A DNA stretch of 52,382 nucleotides from Armatimonadota bacterium. GTDB lineage: Bacteria; Armatimonadota; UBA10988. The stretch lies in assembly GCA_016235455.1 (NCBI GenBank), contig JACRKZ010000181.1, forward strand, positions 1 to 52,382, read 5' to 3'. Positions 10,555 through 19,822 of the stretch are shown in pieces. Position 1 is the stretch's first letter, and each line of letters begins with the position of its first letter. Position numbers and translations under genes: made by a program. The notes beneath the pieces were generated by a model that searched no databases, was not told the DNA's origin, and saw only the letters and a list, made by a program, of their open reading frames with translations.

Positions 10555-12378
10555 ATGGAGCCATCGATGCCCCGATCGACACACCGCCGCCACGGTGCCA
10601 TTGGCGCCCTCCTGCTGGTGATGGCGATGGTCGGCCTGGCTCGGACTGGCCTTTCCGCCGCCGAGCGGACCGCGTGGCGCGGTGAGGCGGCCGGTATACC
10701 CGACTACCGGCTCGCCGAGCAGACCTTCTTCGCGCCAGCCGAAGCCGGCCGCAACGCGCGGCAGGTCTTTGCCTGGTACATGCCCTGCACGGCGGTCTTC
10801 CCCTCGTGGGACGCGGCTTCGGTCGAGCAGCGCGAGGCCAACTTCCTCGCCGAGATCCAGATGGCGCAGTCGATGGGGATCGACGGCTTCGGGCTGGACA
10901 TCATGGACACGAACGAGAACTACCACCGCTCGGTCGAAGCCATGTTCCGCGCCGCCAAGCAGCTTGGCACCGGGTTCAAGCTGCTCTTCGTGTTCGACTA
11001 CGGCCGCCCGTCGCTCGATGAGCGCGCCGCGGACATCGCCCTGTTGCTCCGGCAGTATGCCGGGCATGAGGCCTACGCGACGGTCGATGGCCGGCCGCTG
11101 GTCTCTGCGTATGCGCCCGACGGCTGGGTGACCGAGGATGGCAAACCAGCCCCGGCGGCCAGCGCGCGTTGGTGGCGCGAGCACGTCACCTTGCCGTCTC
11201 GGGCCGCGGGCCGCGAGCTGTGCTGTGTACCGGCCACATTCCGTCAGATCTGGAGTGGCGGCGGCCAAGCCGCGGTGGACGATGAGATCGCCGCCTGGGG
11301 TGACGCCATCGACGGTCTGTCCATGTGGCAGATACAGCTTTCTCCGGTCGGCGGCGGCCTGACGGTGCTGGAGCGGCAGGCCAAGACGCTGCATGCGGCA
11401 GGGAAGGCATGGATGGCCACCGTTGCGCTGCAGTACTGGTGTGGCGCCAGCCAGAGCGTGCCGAGCTGGTATTGGCGACCCGGCCAAGCGTCGACGCCGA
11501 CCTGCGTCAATGGCACGTACTTCGAGCACCAGGGCGGCCAGGGCCTGGACGCCCAATGGCGCTCCGTGCTGGACGTGCAGCGGCCTGAGTGGGTCATGCT
11601 GCTGACCTGGAACGACTACAACGAGTCCTACATCGTGCCTGTCGACGACTTGCGCCGGTACCGCAACGGCACGGCGCAGGCGCCGCTGGGCTGGTACAAG
11701 TCGATGGCCGGCCTCGACGAACTCAACCGCTACTACATTCAGTGGTACAAGACGGGCGTCCAGCCGACCATCACGACCGACACACTGTTCTATGCTTACC
11801 GGACCCACGGTCACGCACTGGCCCCGACAGCCGACCCACGCTCTCCGGTGAAGATCGGCAACGGGCCGTTTGCCGACAGCCTCTACCTGACGACGGCGCT
11901 CACCGCACCAGCGCGGGTGGTGGTCAACTCGGGATCCGTCCAGGTCCTACACCAGGCACCAGCGGGGATCCACCACTATGCGGTGCCGTTCCACGCAGGG
12001 CGGCAGTCGTTCAGCCTGCGGCGCGACGATGTCGAGATCGCCCAAGGCGAAGGCGAGCCGATAGCGGAGCGGATCGACCGTGCCGGTCGATACCTTCACC
12101 AGTGTCGCCGCCTGGTCGCTGAACAACGATGGCGGGGCCGGCGCCTCGTGCAGCGCCGACGGGAATGGCGCCATGCGCGTCGTCTACGACGCTGCGGGCG
12201 CGAACAAGTGGGGCAACCTGACTCGCGCCGTCACCGCGCCGGCCGACTGGCTGGCGGTCACCTTCCGCCTGCGCGTGCTCCGCGCGCAGCCCGGCGCGGC
12301 CATGCATTTGTGGCTCATGGAGGCCGATGGCGACGCACACATGACCGAGATCCTGCCCGGCGGCAAGCGCGTGGCTGA
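10555..12378 (+). CDS. Secreted GH71-like (alpha-1,3-glucanase family) glycoside hydrolase, probably truncated at ~12080 with an out-of-frame tail
   Basis: Signal peptide; 'VFAWYM', 'EIQMAQSMGIDGFGLD', 'FKLLFVFDY', 'LLTWNDYNESY', 'YYIQWYKTG' match the GH71 pattern. After 'ERIDR' the translation becomes Arg-rich shadow-frame sequence. Confidence 0.65.
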   Translation: MEPSMPRSTHRRHGAIGALLLVMAMVGLARTGLSAAERTAWRGEAAGIPDYRLAEQTFFAPAEAGRNARQVFAWYMPCTAVFPSWDAASVEQREANFLAEIQMAQSMGIDGFGLDIMDTNENYHRSVEAMFRAAKQLGTGFKLLFVFDYGRPSLDERAADIALLLRQYAGHEAYATVDGRPLVSAYAPDGWVTEDGKPAPAASARWWREHVTLPSRAAGRELCCVPATFRQIWSGGGQAAVDDEIAAWGDAIDGLSMWQIQLSPVGGGLTVLERQAKTLHAAGKAWMATVALQYWCGASQSVPSWYWRPGQASTPTCVNGTYFEHQGGQGLDAQWRSVLDVQRPEWVMLLTWNDYNESYIVPVDDLRRYRNGTAQAPLGWYKSMAGLDELNRYYIQWYKTGVQPTITTDTLFYAYRTHGHALAPTADPRSPVKIGNGPFADSLYLTTALTAPARVVVNSGSVQVLHQAPAGIHHYAVPFHAGRQSFSLRRDDVEIAQGEGEPIAERIDRAGRYLHQCRRLVAEQRWRGRRLVQRRREWRHARRLRRCGREQVGQPDSRRHRAGRLAGGHLPPARAPRAARRGHAFVAHGGRWRRTHDRDPARRQARG

Positions 12379-13924
12379 CGCTCCGGCCGGCACTTGGCTC
12401 ACCGTGCGCATCCCCATCGCCTCGTTGGCCTATCAGCCGCGCGGCGACAAGAAGCCCGACATCGGCAGCGTCAACCGCATGTTGCTCGGCTGCAACTACG
12501 AAGCTCTGCAGGTACTCGTGGACGACCTGGCCTTCGAGACCGGACCGCCGCCCAAGCTCGCGCCCCTGCCCCGCAGCGCCGTCTGGCAACCCGTCGATGG
12601 CCCGCGCGGCCGCTTGGCACTGCTCGACGAGCCGGGCCTGGCGCGCACCGCCGGCGGCTTCGACCCCGCCAAACTGGCGCCGCGTCTGACCGCCGCCGGC
12701 TTTGGCGTGACGCTGGTGCGCGCGGGCGACCTGGCCGACGCGCAGCGGCTCAACCGCGCCACGTTCGACCTGCTGCTGCTCAACGCGCCCGACTGGCCCA
12801 TCGCCTGCCGCGAGCCGCTGCTGGCCTACCTCCGGTCGGGCGGCGCGTTCCTGTCGCTGGGCGGCTACGCCTTCGACCGGCCGATGGCCTACACCGACAA
12901 CGGCTGGGAAGCGATGCCCGCCGATGCACCGGCCAACCGGGTGAACGCGCGCTTTGGCAAGCCGGGCGACACTATGGGCCTGGAGCCCACGCAGATCGGC
13001 CTGTTCGACCCCACGGCGACGCTGACCCGCGTGGCCAGCGCCGAACTGGGCGGCCGCCGGCTGACCGGCGCCTTCGAGGGCCATGCCGGCGTGTCCATGG
13101 CCGGGCTCAACTCGCCGGTCTTCCCCGACCAGCACGGCGAGACTCAGGACCTGGGCCAGACCTACGACAGCCTGGGCCGGCCGCGTGGCGCGTTGGGCGT
13201 CATCGCGCAGTTCTTCGACGGGCCGTTCAAGGGCGGCGCCTGGGGCGGGTTCGGCGTCAGCAACCGCGACCTGTTCGCCGACGATGCTTTTGGGCTGGAG
13301 CCGCTGCTGTTTGCCTGCGACCGGCTGGTGAGCGGGCTCTACCTGCGTCTGCCCGAGGCCGATCCGCCGTGTGCGCGGCCCGGCGAGAAGGTCAAGCTGA
13401 CGGTCACCGTGGCTAACCGCGGCCGTGCGCAGCAGATCGCCGAGGTGGCGCTGCGCATCGATGATCAGGTGGTGGCGGCTCCGAAGCTGGCCATCGCCGC
13501 CGGCGCGGTGGGGACCGTGTCGCTCGATCAGCCCGCGACCGGCAGCTATCACCCGGTTGTGGCGGAGCTGGCCTTGGCCGGCAAGCCACAGGTCACCAGC
13601 GAGTCCGCCTACACCGTCTGGGACGAGGCGCAGGTCAAGGCGGGCCGCGACATCGCCTGGCGCGACAACGCCTTCTGGACCGCGGGCCGACCGGCCTTCC
13701 TGACCGGCACCAACCAGACCGGCGTCATGTGGCACAGCCCGCGCGAGAACCCGCTGACCTGGGATCGTGACTTCGCCGCCATGGCTGACCACGGGCTGAG
13801 CGTGTGGCGGGTGCTGCACTTCTCGCCATTCGGCACACTGGTCAATGGCCAGCGCACCGACAACCCGCGGTGGAGGTCGACGCCAACTCGCCGGTGCATC
13901 GCCAGCTCTATGAGCGTTATCTGA
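12080..13924 (+). pseudogene. N-terminal part of a multidomain glycoside hydrolase (CBM-like, glutamine amidotransferase-like and Ig-like domains, start of a clan GH-A barrel); lacks signal peptide, frameshifted at ~13868
   Basis: Strong GC3 bias in this frame from ~12080 to ~13868; 'WLTVRIPIASL' CBM-like; 'YLRSGGAFLSLGG' trimerisation-like; 'FLTGTNQ...WDRDFAAMADHGLSVWRVLHF' resembles GH5/GH42 strands 1-2. Confidence 0.6.
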
Positions 13925-15579
13925 CCGAGCGGCACGGCGACCTGGTCAAGGCCCGCGCCTGGCTCGGCCTGGCCGCCGATGCGCCGTTGGTGCCCGCGGC
14001 GGGAGACGGTAGCTGGGGCGACCTGAAGGCCGTGGCGTTCGAAGAGTTCCGCACCTGGCTGCTGCAGCGCTGGGTCCGCGAGAACGTGGCCGGGCTCAAG
14101 GAGGGCAACCCCAAGGTGCCCGTGACCGTGGGCTACCTGCAGTCACGGCATCCGGCGGACAAGATCGACGGCCAGAAGGGCCTCGATTTTGCCAACATGC
14201 ACAGCTACGACGCCTCGCGCGCGTTCTACACGTCGTTCCGCTTCATCGACCGCCGCCCCTATGGCCAGGGCCTGACGCTGGGCGAGTTCGGCGCGCGCAC
14301 ACTGCATGAGCTGCGCGTGCGCGGTGGCGATGGCGAGGCCGGCGATGCCGACCGTCGACTGTTCAACACCACCGTCGGCCTGGCCTTCGGCGCCGGCGGC
14401 TCGATGGCGCTGAACTGGTGCTTCCGCGGGCTGCCCGATGTGGTCTTCCCCTGGGAGCTGTTCCGTTCCGACCGTGTCGGCCGGCCGCCGTTGGCTGACT
14501 TCGCCGCGCTGACGCTGGCCACCCGCGGCGTGAAGCCGACCTACCAGCCGCCGGCGGCCTACCTGCTCGTCCCCGATAGCAATCGCCTCGGGCCACGCTA
14601 TGGCGACATCGACAACGCCCTGGCCCGTAGCATCGAGACGCTGCACAGCCTGCATGTGCCGTTTGCGCTGCTCCACGAGCGTGATCTGCGCCTCCCAGCC
14701 GAAGCCAAGGCGCTGTTCTGGCCGGTGCCCTACTGCCCGAGCGACGCGGCCTTCGCCAAGGTCGAGGCCTGGGTCAAGGCCGGCGGCCGGCTGTACTTGT
14801 CAGGCGATGTGAGCTTCGACGAGCAGCGACACGGCACGCGCGGCGACCGCCTGACCAGGCTCGGCCTGGCGGCAACAACCGGACGCGACCCGTTCGGCGC
14901 GAACGATGCGAACGCGGCCTCGGTCACGGTCAAGGCGGGTGCCGGCGCGGTGACCTTCGTGCCCAGCCCGGTGGAGATGAGCGCGCCGGGCCGGCTGCCG
15001 GAACTGTACGCCGCCTTCGCCAAGGAGGCGGGCATCGCGCGTTGGGCGGTGACGCCAGACGTGGCCGAGGTGCAGGTGGGCAGCGTCCTGTCGCTGGACG
15101 GCTCGACCGCCTGGGTAGCCGCCAGCTGGGGTCAGGAGCGCGATGTGACCGTTGGCGGCGTGAGGCTGAAGGTGGCGCGCGACGACCTGGGGCTGGTGCA
15201 TGTCGGCGCCGACGGCGCGGTGCGCACGGTCTATGCGCAGGGCGACGTGGCCGGCATTGCGTCGGCGGACGGCCCGTTCATGGCGCTGTCCGGCAGCACC
15301 GTGGATCTGCGCGCCTCGGCCAGCCTGGTCGTGGCGCCGCTGGGCGCGAAGTCGCTGGCGCTGACCACCAGGCGCGCCTGGCAGGCGCCGACGGCCAGTG
15401 TGGGTGAGGTGCGCGGCGGCCGCTGGCATGAACTGGCCAAGCTGCCGGTGCGCGCCGACGGCGGCCAGGTGAAGCTGACGCTGGGCGAGGACTACCTGAA
15501 CACCTACGTGGTCGTCGCCGAGCCCGCGGCGCTGGCCGCGGCCGAGCAGGCACTCGTCGGCGCGGTTCTGATGCGCTGA
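13804..15579 (+). pseudogene. C-terminal part of the same GH42/GH5-like hydrolase (nucleophile region plus trimerisation domain)
   Basis: Coding bias starts ~13868 ('AVEVDANSP'); 'ERYLTERHGDL', 'DFANMHSY', nucleophile-like 'LGEFG', 'AWVKAGGRLYLSG'. Confidence 0.6.
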
Positions 15580-15582
15580 ACA

Positions 15583-15640
15583 AACCACAGCGGCGCAGAG
15601 ATCCCGGTCTGTCGATCGGAATCTCTGCGCCGCTGCGGTT
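15583..15640. repeat. REP-like inverted repeat (CRCAG-based) between convergent genes; may also act as a bidirectional terminator
   Basis: AACCACAGCGGCGCAGAGAT / ATCTCTGCGCCGCTGCGGTT, 20-bp arms with one mismatch. Confidence 0.7.
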
Positions 15641-15652
15641 GAGTTGAGCAGC

Positions 15653-16645
15653 CTAGCGGTCGAACTGACCGTCGAAGGCGATGTTGCTCGGCGCGAAGTC
15701 GAGGTCGCGGACGAACTCGCAGGCCTCGCGGGCGCCGTGGTCGCGGTCCATGCCGCTGTCTTCCCACTCGACGCTGAGCGGGCCCTGGTAGTTGATGCGG
15801 TTGAGCCCGCGGATGATCGCCTCGAAGTCGATGTCACCACGGCCCGGCGAGCGGAAGTCCCAACCGCGGCGGTAGTCGCCGAAGTTGATGTGGCTGGCCA
15901 GGATGCTGCTCACGCCGTCGAGCGTGACGATGGCGTCCTTGATGTGGACGTGGAAGATCCGGTCGCCGAATCGCTCGATGAACTTGGCGGGATCGATCAG
16001 CTGCCAGCGCAGGTGGCTCGGGTCGAAGTTGAAGCCGAAGCACTCGTGGTAGTCGACGGCCTTGAGCGCGCGTTCGGTCGAGTAGATGTCATAGGCGATC
16101 TCGGTCGGGTGGACCTCGAGCGCGAACTTGACACCCAGGCGCTTGCACTCATCGAGGATGGGCATAAAGCGCTCGGCGAACTCGGCGTAGCCGGCATCCA
16201 CATCGGCATCGGAGGTGGGCGGGAAGAAGTAGAGCTTGTGCCAGATGGGCGAGCCGGTGAAGCCGTTGACGACGCTCAGGCCCATGTTGGCCGCGGCGCG
16301 CACGGTGGCGATCATCTCGGCGGTGGCGCGCTGGCGGACACCCTCGGCCTCGCCGTCGCCCCAGATGCGCTCGGGCAGAATGCTCTTGTGGCGCTCATCG
16401 ATGGGGTCGCACACGGCCTGGCCCACCAGGTGCGCGCTCAGCGCCCAGCAGTTGAGGCCATACTGCTTCAGCTTGCCCCAGCGGTCATCGCAATAGGCCT
16501 TGTCCTGGGCCTGCTCAACGTCGAAGAACTCACCCCAGCAGGGCAGTTCCACGCCGTCGTAGCCGAAGTCCTTGGCCTTGCGGAAGGCGTCGTCGGTCGA
16601 CAGGTCGGCCCACTGGCCGAGGAACAGAGTGACGGGTCGCGCCAT
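15653..16645 (-). CDS. Sugar phosphate isomerase/epimerase (xylose isomerase-like TIM barrel, AP_endonuc_2)
   Basis: 'GYDGVEL', 'FALEVHP', 'NFDPSH', 'HVHIKD', 'GPLSVEWED' metal-binding motifs; RBS AGAGG. Confidence 0.9.
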   Translation of the reverse strand: MARPVTLFLGQWADLSTDDAFRKAKDFGYDGVELPCWGEFFDVEQAQDKAYCDDRWGKLKQYGLNCWALSAHLVGQAVCDPIDERHKSILPERIWGDGEAEGVRQRATAEMIATVRAAANMGLSVVNGFTGSPIWHKLYFFPPTSDADVDAGYAEFAERFMPILDECKRLGVKFALEVHPTEIAYDIYSTERALKAVDYHECFGFNFDPSHLRWQLIDPAKFIERFGDRIFHVHIKDAIVTLDGVSSILASHINFGDYRRGWDFRSPGRGDIDFEAIIRGLNRINYQGPLSVEWEDSGMDRDHGAREACEFVRDLDFAPSNIAFDGQFDR

Positions 16646-16779
16646 GGTTGGTACACCTCTCTTGATGGTCGGATCTTGGTTGTAAGTATGCTATTGGACC
16701 GCCGTGGGGCGAGTCCTTCCAGTTAGTCTCTAGCCCAGCGTGATCGGGGTCCCGGCGTTCACGGTGACCAGCCCATGCC

Positions 16780-16894
16780 CGATCTGGGAGCGCCAAGCTC
16801 CAGCTTGGCATCCACCAGGGCCAACGGTCCCTGATGGCCGGTCGCGAGAGCGGTCGCGGCACGTGCCAAGCTGGCGCTTGGCGCTCCCAGATCG
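16780..16894. repeat. REPIN-like doublet (two inverted GGAG-type REPs)
   Basis: 31-bp arms CGATCTGGGAGCGCCAAGC[T/G]CCAGCTTGGCA (16780-16810 and 16864-16894, one mismatch). Each arm has GGAG followed by the internal palindrome GCCAAGC-N4-GCTTGGC. Confidence 0.8.
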
Positions 16895-16945
16895 AGCACG
16901 AGCAGAGCCGATCGGCAGCGTCGTTCCTCAACCACGCACGCCGCC

Positions 16946-18979
16946 TCAGCGCACCTCCAGCCCGCTCCGCACCGGCCGCAGGGTGGTCAGGATGACGACG
17001 TCCTCATCCTCGGTCGCCGCCAGCAACATGCCCTCCGACACCTCGCCGCGCAGCTTGCGCGGCTCCAGGTTGGCCACGATGATGATCGTCTGGCCGACCA
17101 GGTCCTCGGGCTGGTAGTGCTGCGCGATGCCAGCGAGGATCTGTCGCGGCTTGCCACCCACGTCGAGCTGCAGCTTGAGCAGCTTGTCCGCCTTGGGGAT
17201 GCGCTCGGCCGCCACCACCGTCGCGGTCATCAGTTGGGTCTCGCGGAACCCGTCGTACGTTACGTACTTGGGTTCCGGCTCGGGTTCGGGCTGCGGCTCC
17301 GGCGATGCCGGAGACGTTAGGCGCGCGGCCTCGGCTTCCACCTGCTCGTCGGTGATCTTGGCGAACAGCGCCTCGGGCTCACGAACCAGCGGATGCCCCG
17401 CGGTCAGCAGGCTCGCCCCGGCCTGGTCCCAGGTGATGCCGTGCAGGTTGAGCAGCGCCCACAGCTTGGTCTGGGCGTTGGGCAGGAACGGCCCGAGCAC
17501 CACGCTGACCGCCGCGCAGACCTGGGCGCAGACGTGCAGCACCGTGGCGCAGCGCGCGGGATCGTCGCGGCGCAGCTTCCACGGTGCCTGGTGCTGGAAG
17601 TAGCCGTTGGCCTCGCTGGTGGCGGCCAGAACGGTGCGCAGGGCGCGTTTGAACTCGTACGCTTCGATCAGCGCGCCGACCTCGCCCGGCAGCCTGGCCA
17701 GCGTGTCCAGCAGCGCCTGATCCTCGGGCGTGAACTCGCCCGCGACGGGCACCTGGGCGTCGCAGTACTGGCCGATGAACTTGATCGTGCGCTGGACGAA
17801 GTTGCCCAGGTTGTCGTTCAGCTCACCATTGACCCGCTCGCGCAGGTCGGCCCACTTCCAGTCGCCGTCGCTGTTCTCGGGCAGGATGGTGGTCAGGTAG
17901 TAGCGCAGGTCATCGGGCGACCAACGTTCCAGCGCCTCGTGCAGCCAGACCGCGTGGTTGCGGCTGGTCGAGAACTTCTGCCCTTCGAGGTTGAGGAACT
18001 CGTTGGCCGGCACGTCCTCGGCCACGACATAGTCGCCGTGCGCCTCGCACATGGCCGGGAACAGCAGCGCGTGGAAGAAGATGTTGTCCTTGCCGATGAA
18101 ATGGACCAGCTTGGTGCCTTCTTTGTCGCACCACCAGTCGCGCCACGCGTCCGGCGTGCCCCGCTGCGCGGCCCACTCCTTGGTCGACGAGATGTAGCCG
18201 ATCGGCGCGTCGAACCACACGTACAGGACCTTGCCCTCATGGTCGGGCAGCGGCACGGGAATGCCCCAGTCCAGGTCGCGGGTCACCGCCCGGCTGCGCA
18301 GTTCCTCGGTGAACCAGCTCTCGCAGAAGCCGAGCACGTGCGGCCGCCAGCCTTGCCGCGAACCGATGTAGTCCTTCAGCCAGGGCTGCCAATCGCCCAG
18401 CGGGAAGTACCAGTGCTTGGTCTCGCGCGGCTCAGGCGTGGCGCCCGAAAGTGCGCTGCGCGGATTGACCAGCTTCAGCGGCTCGATGTCCTTACCGCAT
18501 TTCTCACACTGGTCGCCCGCGGCGTTCTCGTCGCCGCAGTGGTAGCAAGTGCCGCGCACCTGGCGGTCGGCCAGGAACTTGCCGAGTTCGGGGTCGTAGA
18601 GCTGCTGCGTGCTCTGCTCATGCAGCAGGCCCTTGTCGTGCAGGCAAGTGAAGAACTCCTGCGCCGTCTCGGTATGCACCGCGCGCGAGGTGCGCGAGAA
18701 GTTGTCGAACGAGATGCCCAGCGCGGCGAACCCGTCGCGGATCACCGCGTGGTACTGGTCGGCCACCTCCAGGGCGGTCTTGCCCAGCTTGCGCGCGGTC
18801 TCGGTGATGGCCGTGCCATACTCGTCGGAGCCGCAGATGTAGAGCACCTCGCGGCCACTGGCCCGCAGGTACCGCACGTAGATGTCGGCCGGCAGGTAGG
18901 CGCCGGCCACGTGGCCGATATGGATCGGGCCGTTGGCATACGGCAGGGCGCTCGTCACAAGATATCGTTGCGGATTCAC
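16946..18979 (-). CDS. metG: Methionine--tRNA ligase with C-terminal tRNA-binding domain
   Basis: 'TSALPYANGPIHIGH', 'GSDEYGT', Zn knuckle CxxC...CxxC, 'YVWFDAPIGY', 'HFIGKDN', 'KFSTSR', C-terminal 'NLEPRKLRGEVSEGMLLAA'; GAGGAG RBS before GTG18979. Confidence 0.97.
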   Translation of the reverse strand: MNPQRYLVTSALPYANGPIHIGHVAGAYLPADIYVRYLRASGREVLYICGSDEYGTAITETARKLGKTALEVADQYHAVIRDGFAALGISFDNFSRTSRAVHTETAQEFFTCLHDKGLLHEQSTQQLYDPELGKFLADRQVRGTCYHCGDENAAGDQCEKCGKDIEPLKLVNPRSALSGATPEPRETKHWYFPLGDWQPWLKDYIGSRQGWRPHVLGFCESWFTEELRSRAVTRDLDWGIPVPLPDHEGKVLYVWFDAPIGYISSTKEWAAQRGTPDAWRDWWCDKEGTKLVHFIGKDNIFFHALLFPAMCEAHGDYVVAEDVPANEFLNLEGQKFSTSRNHAVWLHEALERWSPDDLRYYLTTILPENSDGDWKWADLRERVNGELNDNLGNFVQRTIKFIGQYCDAQVPVAGEFTPEDQALLDTLARLPGEVGALIEAYEFKRALRTVLAATSEANGYFQHQAPWKLRRDDPARCATVLHVCAQVCAAVSVVLGPFLPNAQTKLWALLNLHGITWDQAGASLLTAGHPLVREPEALFAKITDEQVEAEAARLTSPASPEPQPEPEPEPKYVTYDGFRETQLMTATVVAAERIPKADKLLKLQLDVGGKPRQILAGIAQHYQPEDLVGQTIIIVANLEPRKLRGEVSEGMLLAATEDEDVVILTTLRPVRSGLEVR

Positions 18980-19013
18980 ATCCGTCTCCTCTGGAATCAC
19001 AGGCTCGATGGTC

Positions 19014-19066
19014 AACACAAAGGCCCGTTTCCGGGCGTCAGCGAATGCCGCGCGGGAAACGGGCCT
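19014..19066 (-). terminator. Intrinsic terminator-like hairpin ~40 nt upstream of metG
   Basis: Perfect 12-bp stem AGGCCCGTTTCC/GGAAACGGGCCT followed on the minus strand by TTGTGTT. Confidence 0.6.
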
Positions 19067-19220
19067 CGGTACGAACCTGGGGATCGATGGGCCGCCCGCG
19101 CTGCTAGCGAGGGCCTGCCATCAACCACGACGCGCGGCCAACCAAGCTCAGCGCGGAGCTGAGCGCCACCGGTATTCGGCTCGGGTAGGCACGCGTCACA
19201 ATCTCTCCTCGTCGTCGCCG
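19039..19220 (-). ncRNA. ssrS: Candidate 6S RNA (long rod with central bubble)
   Basis: 182-nt minus-strand sequence hand-folds into nested helices (CGGCGA/TCGCTG, CGCGT/GCGCG, GCCT/AGGC, CGAGCC/GGTTCG, bubble, GGTGG/CCATC, CCGCGCTG/CAGCGCGG, GGCC/GGCC, CGTCG/TGATG). G-U pairs favour the minus strand; GAGCCGA..TA, GTGGCGCTC, GGTTC and GCGGCAT recall E. coli 6S. No covariance model was run. Confidence 0.5.
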
Positions 19221-19226
19221 CAGGAG

Positions 19227-19466
19227 CTACTCCTTGGCAGCCATCTCATCGGCCTTGGCGGCGTCGGCCACGTCCTTGGCTCGCGTGGCGGCGTCTTCCT
19301 TGGCCTCCAGCACACCCATAAACACAAACAGGCAGCCGGCCAGCAGCAGGACCAGGGCGATCAGTCCGCCCAGCAACTGCATGACGTTGTGCTTCTGCCA
19401 CATGCAGAGCAACAGGCCAACCACCAGCAGACCCGCGCCACTCCACAGCGTCTTCTTGCTATCCAT
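19227..19466 (-). CDS. Small two-TM membrane protein (79 aa)
   Basis: GAGGAG RBS; two hydrophobic helices followed by a charged Ala/Lys/Asp/Glu helical tail. Confidence 0.7.
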   Translation of the reverse strand: MDSKKTLWSGAGLLVVGLLLCMWQKHNVMQLLGGLIALVLLLAGCLFVFMGVLEAKEDAATRAKDVADAAKADEMAAKE

Positions 19467-19482
19467 TGTTCCCGCCACTCCT

Positions 19483-19683
19483 CTACTTGCTGGCTTCGGC
19501 CTTCTTGGCCCGTAGGTCCGACGCACCGAACCACAGCAGAACCACGCCCGCCGCCACCACGAGGACCGGGATGCCGCCGCAAATCAGCAGCCCCAGCCCA
19601 TGCGCCATATGCCATCGGGTCAGGCCCACCAAGAACAAGAGCAGGAACGCGAACCCGGTCAGTATCGTTCCACCACCGCTCAT
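19483..19683 (-). CDS. Small two-TM membrane protein (66 aa)
   Basis: GGAGGAG RBS before ATG19683; 'MSGGGTILTGFAFLLLFLVGL...VLLWFGASDLRAKKAEASK'; lies directly downstream of a consensus promoter. Confidence 0.65.
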   Translation of the reverse strand: MSGGGTILTGFAFLLLFLVGLTRWHMAHGLGLLICGGIPVLVVAAGVVLLWFGASDLRAKKAEASK

Positions 19684-19726
19684 GCTGTCTCCTCCCGCAG
19701 GCCCGTGCACACTGGGCGACATGGGC

Positions 19727-19755
19727 ATTATACGGAGCGCTCTGGGGCAAGTCAA
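19727..19755 (-). promoter_or_regulatory. Near-consensus sigma70 promoter
   Basis: TTGACT-N17-TATAAT on the minus strand. Confidence 0.8.
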
Positions 19756-19822
19756 ACGCGCGGTTGCCAGAGGGTGTGAGTCGCGACCCGTGGGCATGCC
19801 GATTAGCACAGCAGCCATCGCC

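Noticed and set aside
16946-18979. KFSTS instead of KMSKS, and a Glu-Pro linker, in MetG
   Set aside because: Known variation in this MetRS subtype; not unusual.
19060-19226. Canonical Met T-box riboswitch
   Set aside because: The T-box bulge reads UCGUACC rather than UGGNACC, no convincing antiterminator helices form, and the AUG is not at the usual specifier position. Kept only as an alternative hypothesis.
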